Assembly (NCBI GenBank): GCA_030603385.1 | Contig: JAUVXW010000005.1 | Coordinates: forward strand, 64,001 to 128,000 | Direction of reading: 5' to 3' | From: Promethearchaeota archaeon | GTDB taxonomy: Archaea; Asgardarchaeota; Lokiarchaeia; Sigyniarchaeales; SOKP01 | Length of the DNA stretch: 64,000 nucleotides | Shown here: piece after piece, positions 32,373-41,886 of the stretch | How positions within the stretch are numbered: position 1 is the first letter of the stretch | Layout: every line of letters starts with the position of its first letter | Program-made: the position numbers and the translations under genes | Notes under the pieces: model-generated | What the model saw: the letters and a program-made list of their open reading frames with translations, nothing else | Told to the model about the DNA's origin: nothing | Databases searched by the model: none

Positions 32373-33263
32373 TTAAATTAGATCAATAATTTTTCGAATT
32401 TCGCTAATAGTCTCAGGTGTCGTACCACAACAACCACCTACTATTTTTATACCTAAATTTATCATTTCTTGAATATCTCGAACAAATTCTTCAATGGGTT
32501 GATCATAATATGTCTTAGTACCTTCTATCCTCGGTTGTCCAGCATTAGGTTTTACGGAGATTGGTATATCCGTCATATTGACAGCTTGTTTTACTAAATC
32601 TAGCATTTCACTCGAACCAAGTGTACAGTTCGCTCCAATTACGTCTACATTTTCATTTTCTAACGTATTAATACATTTTTCTAAAGAGTCTCCCATTATT
32701 GTGAAGAATCCTCTCTTTGTTTTTTTATATGTTATTGAGGCAATGATAGGTTTATTTGAGACCTCCTTTACTGCCCGAACAGCACTTAGCATTTCTTCTA
32801 AATCTGAAACGGTTTCAATGTGAAACAGATCAACTCCTTTTTCTAATAATTTTGTCTGAGTAGCAAAACTAGAATACCATTCTTCACTTGAAGCATTTCC
32901 TACTGGTGGACGAAATTCACCAGTTGGACCAATATCACCAACGACTAAACGTCCTGGAGGACATGCTTTTTGAATGTTACCTAACGCTTTTTCTACAATT
33001 TCATTAATTCTTTCCTCAAGGTTGTGAATTCTTAAATTTAAGGGTGTTGAGCCAAAAGTATTTGATTGGCACATATCTGAACCTGCATCATAATAAGATT
33101 TGTGAATTTCTACAATCGTATCTGGTTTTTCTATATTTAACATATCTGGAACCTTCCCTGGTTCTAATCCCCTTTTAATAAGTTCACTTCCAAAACCCCC
33201 ATCAAAGAGCACAATCTTCGAATCATCTTTTAACCAATCGTGAAATAACATATGTCTCTTCAC
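32373..33263 (-). CDS. Homocysteine S-methyltransferase domain protein (MetH N-terminal-type)
   Basis: FDGGFGSEL, SNTFG, GDIGPTG, GANC, PNAG, GGCCGTTP Zn ligands. Confidence 0.92.
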   Translation of the reverse strand: MKRHMLFHDWLKDDSKIVLFDGGFGSELIKRGLEPGKVPDMLNIEKPDTIVEIHKSYYDAGSDMCQSNTFGSTPLNLRIHNLEERINEIVEKALGNIQKACPPGRLVVGDIGPTGEFRPPVGNASSEEWYSSFATQTKLLEKGVDLFHIETVSDLEEMLSAVRAVKEVSNKPIIASITYKKTKRGFFTIMGDSLEKCINTLENENVDVIGANCTLGSSEMLDLVKQAVNMTDIPISVKPNAGQPRIEGTKTYYDQPIEEFVRDIQEMINLGIKIVGGCCGTTPETISEIRKIIDLI

Positions 33264-33280
33264 TTCTCTATATTATATTT

Positions 33281-33937
33281 TTATTTATTAAGTAAAGATT
33301 TAACTAATTTTACAGCATCTATAGCATTTTCTGCGAATCCATCAGCGTTACATTCCTTAACCCATGAACTTGTTACTGGAGCACCTCCTAAAATAACCTT
33401 GAACCTATTAAGTAAATTTCGTTCCTTTAAAATTTCAATGATCTTTTTCTGGCCAAACATAGTAGTTGTTAAAAGTGCAGAAACTCCAATAACATCTACT
33501 TCTTTTTCGATTGCGAAATCAACGATTTTTTCAGCAGGAATATCAGCACCTAAATCAAAGACTGTAAAACCATAAGCTCTTAGCATTGTACCAACAATAG
33601 TTTTTCCGATAGAATGAATATCTCCCTCTATTGTAGCAATTACGACCTTTCCACGTGAAATTCCCTCAGAACCTTCCTGTAGATGAGGAATAAGCAAATC
33701 TAAACAATTTTGCATAATTTGTGCCCCTCTCATTAATTCCGGGAGGAAATACTCACCTTCTTCCCATAATTCTCCGACTTTTCGAATACCTGCCGCATAA
33801 CCTTTTTCAACGACATCCATTAAATTCATCTTATCATTTATTGCTTTGTTTGCTAATTCTATTGCTGTTTCTTCATCTAAGTTAACAATAGAATCTACCA
33901 TATCTTTATAACTCTTTTCATGAGACAATAGCATCAC
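33281..33937 (-). CDS. Cognate corrinoid (B12-binding) protein, MttC-like
   Basis: GEYFLPEL cap, GDIHSIGK cobalamin motif, SALLTTT, GGAP. Confidence 0.92.
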   Translation of the reverse strand: MMLLSHEKSYKDMVDSIVNLDEETAIELANKAINDKMNLMDVVEKGYAAGIRKVGELWEEGEYFLPELMRGAQIMQNCLDLLIPHLQEGSEGISRGKVVIATIEGDIHSIGKTIVGTMLRAYGFTVFDLGADIPAEKIVDFAIEKEVDVIGVSALLTTTMFGQKKIIEILKERNLLNRFKVILGGAPVTSSWVKECNADGFAENAIDAVKLVKSLLNK

Positions 33938-34079
33938 TCTAAAAATGTAGTTAAATCATAAAAATTATTATTTAATTTCATCAAGGAAATAAGAAAAACC
34001 TTATTGTTAAATAGAAAAAAATATTTGTTAACCTTCCTTTTAGATTTTAATAATAGATATTAAGAATACAAGTGATTTA

Positions 34080-35432
34080 ATGTCAAAGAAATTTTCAAAA
34101 GAACCACTTAGAGGAATGAAAGATTATTATCCTTCAGATTTGAGGGAATATAACTGGATTATTGATACATTAAGAGATGTGGCAGAGAGATACGGCTATG
34201 AAGAATATGAAACACCACAAATAGAACCCATTGAAATTTTTGCTGCAAAATCTTCTCAAGAATTAGTTAATGAACAATCCTTTATTGTAGAAAAGAAAAA
34301 AGGCGAGAGACTTATTTTAATCCCAGAACTTACTCCTTCTTTAGCTCGAATGGTGGCAAAAAAAAGTCAAGAACTTAAAAAGCCTATTAGATGGTTTTGT
34401 ATTCCAACATGTTTCAGATATGAAAGACCTCAAAGAGGGCGCCTTAGAGGATTTAAACAACCTAATTTCGACATTTTAGGTGAAGAGAGTCTTTATGCTG
34501 ATCTTGAAATATTTAATATAATTATAGACATCTTCTCTGAATTTGGAGCATCCCCAGCGCAATTTCAGATTTACTATAACAGTCGACGTTTCATCGATTC
34601 AGTTCTTACCATTATACTTAAAATAAGTGAAGAGAAATTACCTTTAGCTTACAAAGTACTTGATAAATCTGATAAAATGGAAGAAGATGAATTTGATAAG
34701 TTCTTATTTGACACGTTTCAGAATGATGTAAATAGACAAGGTATATTGAAACTGAAAGATGCGAAGAGTATAGATGAGGTGTTGAAGCGATTTGATTCAA
34801 TTCCTGATGAATTTTTTGATTCTGAGGGATATCTTGAGTTTATTAAATTTGAAAAGCTACTAATGGAGGCGGGCATATCTGATTACTGTACTTTTTCTTC
34901 AAGTACAGTAAGAGGTCTTGATTATTATACAGGAATTATTTACGAAGTGTTTGATACTGGAAAAGAGAATATAAGAAGTATATTTGGAGGGGGAAGATAT
35001 GATGACCTTCTATCATTATTCTCAGATGAGAAAATTACAGGTACTGGATTTGGTATGGGGGTCTATATGCTTTCTTTATTTCTAAGATCATATAATTTAA
35101 TCCCTGAGGATATCGCAGAGAAAGACTATTCAGATACAATTTATATAGCATCTGTAAATGAAGATGTATCCATATATGCAATTGAACTTGCCCGTATCAT
35201 ACGAGAAGACGATTTTCCATGTATTATAGATTATAGATTTAAAAATCTAAAAAATCAATTAAAAAAGGCAAATGAATTAGGAGTCTTGGTCACCTTAATT
35301 GTTGGACCAGATGAAATGGAAAAGAATCGAGTAACTATAAAAAATATGGTCTCAGAAGAACAGAAATCAGTTTATTTCGAAGATGTTATTGATGAGATCT
35401 ACTCTATTCTTGATGAACTGGAGGAGTCTTAA
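34080..35432 (+). CDS. hisS: Histidine--tRNA ligase
   Basis: RGMKDY, PELTPSLAR, FRYERPQRGR, RGLDYYTG, GGGRYD, anticodon-binding C-terminal domain. Confidence 0.97.
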   Translation: MSKKFSKEPLRGMKDYYPSDLREYNWIIDTLRDVAERYGYEEYETPQIEPIEIFAAKSSQELVNEQSFIVEKKKGERLILIPELTPSLARMVAKKSQELKKPIRWFCIPTCFRYERPQRGRLRGFKQPNFDILGEESLYADLEIFNIIIDIFSEFGASPAQFQIYYNSRRFIDSVLTIILKISEEKLPLAYKVLDKSDKMEEDEFDKFLFDTFQNDVNRQGILKLKDAKSIDEVLKRFDSIPDEFFDSEGYLEFIKFEKLLMEAGISDYCTFSSSTVRGLDYYTGIIYEVFDTGKENIRSIFGGGRYDDLLSLFSDEKITGTGFGMGVYMLSLFLRSYNLIPEDIAEKDYSDTIYIASVNEDVSIYAIELARIIREDDFPCIIDYRFKNLKNQLKKANELGVLVTLIVGPDEMEKNRVTIKNMVSEEQKSVYFEDVIDEIYSILDELEES

Positions 35433-35849
35433 TTCAATCGATAACATTTTAATTTTGATTTTAAGATAATATAATAAGGATAAGCTACTTATGTAACTTT
35501 CAATAATAAAGAGACTTAAAGCCTTAATTTTTTAAAATCTATTGCTAATTTTAAATCTTCACTTTCAGAAATAAATGAGAAAAGTGGGTTCAGTTAGGTA
35601 AAGAAAATGAATTAGGAAGGTTAGAAAAGTATAGAATTGGTATAGAATTAAAATCTATTTAATTTAAACATGCAAGTTATTTTCTGATTATTTATCTTGA
35701 TTTCTATTATCTGATTACTAATTAAAACTATAGATTGATTTCATTTATTTTTAAAGATAAACTCTCATACTATATATATTTTCCATTTAAATTTGATCAT
35801 AATTGTGCTATTCTCAAAAACGTTTTAGATTTCTTTCTATAATTAGTTC

Positions 35850-36215
35850 TCAAATTAGGTATTTTTTCTCTATATTTTTATATATTTCATAATGGGTGAA
35901 TTTTCCTTTCTTAACACCAAAAATTAATCCTGCTTGTTCTAATATTTTTATATGATGAGAAATTGCGGGTTGAGATAAATTTAAAATTGCTGTCAACTCG
36001 CATACACACATTTCTTTTTTTCCTATTAAGTTATAAATTAAAAATCTAACTTTATTTCCCAGTGCTTTAAAATAATTAACTTTTTCATTAAAATTTCTTT
36101 TAGATAATATTTCATCTTTATTTCTTTCTAAATCTTCAATATATTCATAAATATCCCTATCTACTCCAAAGCATTTAATTAAACTTTCTATTTCTTTTTT
36201 GTTCTTTAGATCCAT
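35850..36215 (-). CDS. arsR: ArsR/SmtB regulator (CVC As(III)-type site)
   Basis: FKALGNKVRF, EMCVCEL, SQPAISHH. Confidence 0.88.
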   Translation of the reverse strand: MDLKNKKEIESLIKCFGVDRDIYEYIEDLERNKDEILSKRNFNEKVNYFKALGNKVRFLIYNLIGKKEMCVCELTAILNLSQPAISHHIKILEQAGLIFGVKKGKFTHYEIYKNIEKKYLI

Positions 36216-36380
36216 ATTTAAATATCAAAATTGTTTTTTAAATGGTTAAAAGATATAGATTACATAAAAATTTTCTATTTCTATGTGCAATCTATTATTT
36301 TATTTTACCAAATCTCTTCATAAATCTATGATAATAATTTTTTTTATTTTTTTAATATTGTATTTTTCAGATATTATTTG

Positions 36381-36824
36381 TCATACAAAATTAAATAATT
36401 CAAAGAATTTTTCAAAATTCTGTACATATTTCTGAAATTGTTCTTTAATTAATTCATAATGAGTAAAATAACCTCTTTTTATACCTCTTATTATTTTCAT
36501 GCGTTCAAGTATTTTTAAATGATGAGAAATTGAGGATTGTGCTTTATCTAGAATTGCTTCCAATTCACATACACAATAATCTTTATCATTTAACAACTGC
36601 ACAATTTTAAAGCGGGTTTCATTTCCTAAAACATTGGAGAATCTCGTAAGATCTATTATACTTTTATTTTTATTTAATTTAATACCAATTTCTCTTAAGG
36701 TTTTAAAATAAGGTTCTATATCTTGATCTTGAAGATCAAAACATAGTTTCAGACTATTAATTATTTCAGCTTTTCTTTCGCTTTTAATTTGTATCACTTT
36801 CAAAATTTTACATATCGTATTCAA
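36381..36824 (-). CDS. arsR: ArsR/SmtB regulator (CVC As(III)-type site)
   Basis: LGNETRF, YCVCEL, QSSISHHL; divergent from acr3. Confidence 0.88.
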   Translation of the reverse strand: MNTICKILKVIQIKSERKAEIINSLKLCFDLQDQDIEPYFKTLREIGIKLNKNKSIIDLTRFSNVLGNETRFKIVQLLNDKDYCVCELEAILDKAQSSISHHLKILERMKIIRGIKRGYFTHYELIKEQFQKYVQNFEKFFELFNFV

Positions 36825-36950
36825 TATTTATAATGAACAAATCTATAAAAATATATTTAAATTGAATTTAGTCAAAATAAATCGAATTATTTAAATTTAG
36901 ATAATCATTTTCAAGTTATAATACATAATTAAAACAAAAAAAAATAAAAA

Positions 36951-38012
36951 ATGAGTCAAAAAGAGAAAAAATTAGGTGTCTTCGAGAAGTTTCTTCCCAT
37001 ATGGATTGCCTTATGTATAGTGTTTGGAATTTTTCTTTCTCAGGTTGTCCCAGGTATAAGTGAGGTTATTGATGCTTTACAAATTGGTGGGATCTCAATA
37101 CCTATTGGTATATGTTTATTTCTAATGATGTATCCTGCAATGTTGAATCTTCAAGCATCAGAATTGAAAAAATTGGGGAAAACCCCCAAACCGATTATAC
37201 TAACTCTTTTTTCAAATTGGATTATTGCACCATTTGTTGGATTAGCGATGGCGCGAATATTTTTACAAGGAAATGAGCAATTAATAGTAGCAATTATACT
37301 TCTTTCAAGTTCACCTTGTACAGCTATGGTTTTAGTTTGGGGATGGCTCGCAAAGGGAAATCAAGAACAAAATGTGATTAATACTAGTCTAAATACGGTT
37401 ACCATTATTTTCTTATACGTTCCAATGGTAACATTATTGACTGGGATTCAAAATATTCCCATTAATTGGGTTCTTCTACTAATATCTCTATTTTATTTCA
37501 TTGGTCTTCCCTTAATATTAGGAATAATTACGAAAAAAATAATTATTGCAAGAAAAGGAGAAAGTTGGTTTTATGACACTTATGTCCCTCTAGTTGGAAA
37601 AATTTCTATAGTTGCTTTATTAACAACGTTAGTGGTATTATTTTCTCTAAATGGAAAAGCGTTAATAAATAATCCTAATCTATTATTACTTGTTTCCGTC
37701 CCACTCTTAGTGGGCTTTGTAATCGTATTGGGCTATAATATTCTAATAACTAAGATTTTTAAATTGAAATATCGGCAAGCAATAATTACAGTTATTATTG
37801 GGTCGTCCAGCCATTTCGAGATTGCAATTGCAACTGCTATAGCCTTATATGGGATTGGTTCAATAGCAGCTTTAGGAACTACAATGGGATTATTTTGGGA
37901 AGTTCCAGTAATGTTATCAATGGTGTATTTAGGAAGATACTTGGGTAAAATTGGTTTCTGGAAAGATTATAAAGAAGCAAATGAAGTCTATGGAAAACGT
38001 AATAAAGAATAA
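36951..38012 (+). CDS. acr3: Acr3 arsenite efflux permease
   Basis: FEKFLPIWI, MMYP, SPCTAMVLVW, SSHFEIAIA, EVPVML. Confidence 0.95.
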   Translation: MSQKEKKLGVFEKFLPIWIALCIVFGIFLSQVVPGISEVIDALQIGGISIPIGICLFLMMYPAMLNLQASELKKLGKTPKPIILTLFSNWIIAPFVGLAMARIFLQGNEQLIVAIILLSSSPCTAMVLVWGWLAKGNQEQNVINTSLNTVTIIFLYVPMVTLLTGIQNIPINWVLLLISLFYFIGLPLILGIITKKIIIARKGESWFYDTYVPLVGKISIVALLTTLVVLFSLNGKALINNPNLLLLVSVPLLVGFVIVLGYNILITKIFKLKYRQAIITVIIGSSSHFEIAIATAIALYGIGSIAALGTTMGLFWEVPVMLSMVYLGRYLGKIGFWKDYKEANEVYGKRNKE

Positions 38013-38078
38013 TTCAATAGGAATTTAATATAAATTAAAATTTTTTTATTTATTAAAATCAACAGGGGGTGAGTAGAG

Positions 38079-38435
38079 TTAAAAAACTTAAAATTTAAAA
38101 TATCTATTCCGATAAAAGGTCTACAAAGTGGAAAGTTATATGATATCAAGGCAAAGGATGATGCAAATTTTATTGAAGCTTTGGCATTAGTAGATAAAAA
38201 AGAGATGGAAAGTTTGAATAAACAAATATTTCCTCTCTATGAGGGATATATCCATAATTATCTTCAACTATTTGTAAATATAGAAGATGAGGTTATTTAT
38301 GATGATGTCGGCTTATCTCCATATGCTCCTGACGAGGAAGGTCTTTATCGAAAATTCAACCCAATAAGGGAAAATATCCATTTCAATTTATATCCTGACA
38401 CGATTATTGATTTACAACAAGATGTTGGATGTTGA
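38079..38435 (+). CDS. Hypothetical, MoaD/ubiquitin-like (beta-grasp) pattern ending Gly-Cys; possible Sec read-through of UGA 38433/38436 up to TAA 38543
   Basis: Frame is open from 38073 after a GGGGTGA RBS; ...DANFIEALALVD...LQLFVN...LYPDTIIDLQQDVGC-TGA-TGA; SECIS-like element downstream. Start codon uncertain. Confidence 0.6.
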   Translation, partial: LKNLKFKISIPIKGLQSGKLYDIKAKDDANFIEALALVDKKEMESLNKQIFPLYEGYIHNYLQLFVNIEDEVIYDDVGLSPYAPDEEGLYRKFNPIRENIHFNLYPDTIIDLQQDVGC

Positions 38436-38566
38436 TGAGAAAAAGTGAAAAGTAGATTAGACTTTGGTAAATTTAAAACAATAATTCGCACAAAATATGG
38501 TAAAAATAATGAATATTTTGCACATTATTTCAAAAGTAAATAAATAAAAAAGGAATAATTAAAAAA

Positions 38567-38625
38567 ATTGAATGAAATCTTTTAAAAAATGCTAGTGAAA
38601 GATGAACAATAGGATTGCGTCCTAT
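38567..38625 (+). promoter_or_regulatory. SECIS-like element (copy 2)
   Basis: ATTGA-ATGA-A-ATCTTTTA-AAAAATGCTAG-TGAAAGAT-GA-ACAAT: AUGA/GA core, 8-bp stem, 11-nt A-rich loop, then hairpin ATAGGA-TTGCG-TCCTAT; closely similar to the element after mvhD. Confidence 0.6.
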
Positions 38626-38676
38626 ATATTCCTAATTATTTTACAATTTTTAAAATCCATAAATTATTATAATTAG

Positions 38677-39717
38677 ATGAAAGAAATTCAAAATAAATCT
38701 TTAATCTATATAATAGAGAATAGTAATGATGAAAATAAGAGGTATAAGTCATTAAAAGCATTACAAAATGATTTTAATTGTACAAATAGAGGTTTTACAT
38801 TTTTAGAAAACCTTTTAATCTCAGATTTAAATCCAAAAATTCGTAAAAAAGCTGCAGAGGTTCTGGCAGAATATCATTTTCCAAAAGCACTACACCCGAT
38901 TAAATGGGTATTACAAATTGATAATTCTCTAAACTGTGTAATAAAATATATAGAATTAATAAAAAATTATAATAAAACATTTCTTAATCTTTTTTTAATC
39001 AATGAAATCGAGCATTATGTAAGTAAGTATAAAAATTTTCAATCAAAACTAGCAAAATGTAAATTTTATAAAAATGATCTTAATGATTTGATTGAAATTT
39101 ACTTGAATTATAAAGTTTTAAATAATTTAATAATAGTTTTTTCAAATCTAAATAACGAGAATAAAAATGTTATAATACAGGAAGGAAAAATAAAAAAGTT
39201 AGTGCTTACAAATTATAAAATAAAGAACATTAAAGATATTGAGGGATTAGATATGCTAAAACATTTAGAGAATTTAAACCTAAGCTTTAATGATATCTCT
39301 GAAATTAATGGGCTAAATGGTTTATTAAAATTGCGGAATTTAAACCTTTCTCATAATAAGATAACTAAAATTGAAAATCTTGAAAATCTTACTGAGTTAA
39401 GTTCACTAAATTTAGGATTCAATAAAATTGAGAAAATAACAGGTTTAACAAATAAAAAAAAATTAAAAAATCTAAACCTCTTGCACAATAAGATTATAGA
39501 ATTCAATGGTTTAATCCCGCTTCAATCATTAGAAACTATTAATTTATCAAAAAATTTAATTTCTGAGATAAATGATTTAGATAATTTTATAAATTTGAAA
39601 TATCTTGATTTAACCCTAAATAACATACCAGATATAAGTAAATATGATAAATATAAGAAAAAAATCAGCCTTATAATCTATGGAAATCCCTTTAATACCT
39701 ATGATCCTGGTCTATAA
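38677..39717 (+). CDS. Leucine-rich repeat protein (SDS22-like) with N-terminal HEAT-like region
   Basis: Repeated LxxLNLSxNxIxxIxGL units; LLISDLNPKIRKKAA HEAT-like segment. Confidence 0.9.
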   Translation: MKEIQNKSLIYIIENSNDENKRYKSLKALQNDFNCTNRGFTFLENLLISDLNPKIRKKAAEVLAEYHFPKALHPIKWVLQIDNSLNCVIKYIELIKNYNKTFLNLFLINEIEHYVSKYKNFQSKLAKCKFYKNDLNDLIEIYLNYKVLNNLIIVFSNLNNENKNVIIQEGKIKKLVLTNYKIKNIKDIEGLDMLKHLENLNLSFNDISEINGLNGLLKLRNLNLSHNKITKIENLENLTELSSLNLGFNKIEKITGLTNKKKLKNLNLLHNKIIEFNGLIPLQSLETINLSKNLISEINDLDNFINLKYLDLTLNNIPDISKYDKYKKKISLIIYGNPFNTYDPGL

Positions 39718-39840
39718 AAAATTTTTTTATTAAAATCTATAATTCCTCGTATTTAATAATATAAATAATTTTAAAAACAAGGTTTAAATTTAGAATTAAT
39801 ATATTTTATTTATTTATAATCAAATAAAATCTATTTTAAA

Positions 39841-40179
39841 ATGAATTCATTCAAAAAACGAGACTACTATGAGGTACTGGGTATAGGTCGAAATGCCACT
39901 AAAATCCAGATCAAATTAGCATATCGACGACTGGCAAAAAAGTATCATCCTGATAAGAATAAAAAAGATCTAAAAGCAAAAGAAAAATTTATTGAGATTC
40001 ATGAAGCATATGAAATTTTAAATGATCCAGAACGAAGAGCACATTATGATCATTTAGGTTTCAGCAAGATATTTTTTGATAAAGAATCTAAATCAACTCA
40101 TTCAAATACAGATTTTAAAGATTATGATTTTGGGAGCAATTTTGTAAATTATATTTCTAAATATTTTAAAGGAAAATAA
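39841..40179 (+). CDS. J-domain protein (short DnaJ-like)
   Basis: [29 protein letters not shown]; lacks the Zn-finger and substrate-binding domains. Confidence 0.9.
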   Translation: MNSFKKRDYYEVLGIGRNATKIQIKLAYRRLAKKYHPDKNKKDLKAKEKFIEIHEAYEILNDPERRAHYDHLGFSKIFFDKESKSTHSNTDFKDYDFGSNFVNYISKYFKGK

Positions 40180-40257
40180 ATTTCTTATAGCAGTTTTTAG
40201 TTTTTGATTAATTATGTTATAATCCTTTTTTTTAAGAAAAAGTTTTAAAATTATATA

Positions 40258-40734
40258 TTAATTTTCATCGAATTTATCAATGTCAAGACCTTGTTTCTTT
40301 AATACTTGAAGTACAGACTCAATTACCTTTCTTATATCCTCCTCTTTAATTTCGCTTAATTTAGGGAGATTTTTAAAAGTATTGAGATCATTTAAATTCA
40401 TACGTTGCTTAGGGATGATATCTTGGACTGAAATAATCAAATCTGGTACAATACTAAGATGTTTATATATTGTACTTGCACAGGCTGTATTACATCCGAT
40501 AATAATAAGAATAAAGGAATGTTTGAGATGATTTTTAGTAATTTCAACTAATTGTTGTTTTTCTAATAATACATTTTTAAGAAAAATAGTGGAGCATGTC
40601 ATTGAGCTAATAGAAGCTATTTTACTTTTCTCTGCCAATCGTATTGCGACCTGTCGTGCTAATTCACCATGATATTCTGAACCTGAACATGTTATTAAGA
40701 CAATGTTTTCTACCTGGATTTCCTTTTTACTCAA
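40258..40734 (-). CDS. DGC-domain-like putative Zn-binding protein
   Basis: ITCSG...GELARQVA...MTC...IIGCNTACA. Confidence 0.75.
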   Translation of the reverse strand: MSKKEIQVENIVLITCSGSEYHGELARQVAIRLAEKSKIASISSMTCSTIFLKNVLLEKQQLVEITKNHLKHSFILIIIGCNTACASTIYKHLSIVPDLIISVQDIIPKQRMNLNDLNTFKNLPKLSEIKEEDIRKVIESVLQVLKKQGLDIDKFDEN

Positions 40735-40735
40735 A

Positions 40736-41029
40736 TTAAATCAAACCTTTTGCCTTCAATATTTCTGGTAGCTTTTTCTTCAGAGCAAATGAAGTCGTAA
40801 CGATTTCATTTCCATCAATAACTATACTATTACCATGCAAATTCAATCTTCTTGCTTCTTCAGAATCTAAATTTTTTGTATCGAATGATATATACTTATT
40901 ATAGGGTGTAATTACCTGAAAAACGAGATTCATAAATCTTTCCCATTGGCAAGCGCATACATTTAAAGGTACATAAATTTCTACTTTAAGTTTATTTTCC
41001 TTTTGAACTTCACTTTCTTGTTGACTCAT
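40736..41029 (-). CDS. Small thioredoxin-fold-like protein (CxC)
   Basis: KVEIYVP..VCAC...SIVIDG. Confidence 0.55.
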   Translation of the reverse strand: MSQQESEVQKENKLKVEIYVPLNVCACQWERFMNLVFQVITPYNKYISFDTKNLDSEEARRLNLHGNSIVIDGNEIVTTSFALKKKLPEILKAKGLI

Positions 41030-41044
41030 TTTAACACCTTCATT

Positions 41045-41365
41045 TTATATTTTTTGCTGGAGTTCTACAATTTTTTTAAATTTTTCATTTCTTTTAATTA
41101 AATTATCTACTATTGCCAATAACTTGAAAATTTGGGTATCTTTTACTTTAAACAATTTTTTATTTCCTTCCCTTCTACTTTCAAGGATATCCGCTTCAGT
41201 AAGAGTTTTTAAATGTCTAGATAATGTAGATTGAGTTTTATCAAACACTTTTTCAATGTCGCAAACACAAATCTCATTTCCATGCCTTAGAAACTCTAAA
41301 AGTTTTAATCTAGTTTCATCGGAGAGAGCTCTTAATAAATCCAATCTTAAATTTTCAAGTTTCAT
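41045..41365 (-). CDS. arsR: ArsR/SmtB regulator
   Basis: RALSDETRL, EICVCDI, QSTLSRHL. Confidence 0.9.
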   Translation of the reverse strand: MKLENLRLDLLRALSDETRLKLLEFLRHGNEICVCDIEKVFDKTQSTLSRHLKTLTEADILESRREGNKKLFKVKDTQIFKLLAIVDNLIKRNEKFKKIVELQQKI

Positions 41366-41499
41366 ATTTTTTTATGCATTTATGCGTATTAATACATATA
41401 CTTATAAACGAATTTTCTATTTAAATCTTGTGTTAATAGTAATTAAACTAAATTAAAATTGAGATAATAAGTTCAAGATTAATAGATGGTGCTAATAAA

Positions 41500-41886
41500 T
41501 TGAACAATACAAAAAAAGAAATTGGATTCATTATGTGTGTTTGTACTGGAAAATGCCCTGGATTTGCTAAAATGGATATATGGGATTTTATTAATCGTAT
41601 AAGAATTGAACTTCCTGTAGAATATGGATTTATTCATCCTCAATTGTGTGAAGAAGATGGCGATAGATTTTTAGATGATTATTTAAGTTCTGGTCGAAAA
41701 TATATGGTGGCAGGATGTGCTCCAAACATGCAATATAAGTTATTTAGAGACGCTTTTAAGAAAGCAGGATTAGATATAAAAACAGATTTAATTCCCTTGG
41801 ATATTCGCGAAATGACTACAGATGAAGCTGTTAATTTAGTTGAAAAGAGCCTGGAGAAATTAGAGGAGGATATTAAAAATGAGTAA
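41500..41886 (+). CDS. Stand-alone HdrA N-terminal-domain-like Fe-S protein
   Basis: IGFIMCVC...QLC...VAGCAP...FRD...AGLD...DIRE aligns with HdrA N-terminus IAVFICQU...SLU...VSCTP...NIRE. Confidence 0.7.
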   Translation: MNNTKKEIGFIMCVCTGKCPGFAKMDIWDFINRIRIELPVEYGFIHPQLCEEDGDRFLDDYLSSGRKYMVAGCAPNMQYKLFRDAFKKAGLDIKTDLIPLDIREMTTDEAVNLVEKSLEKLEEDIKNE

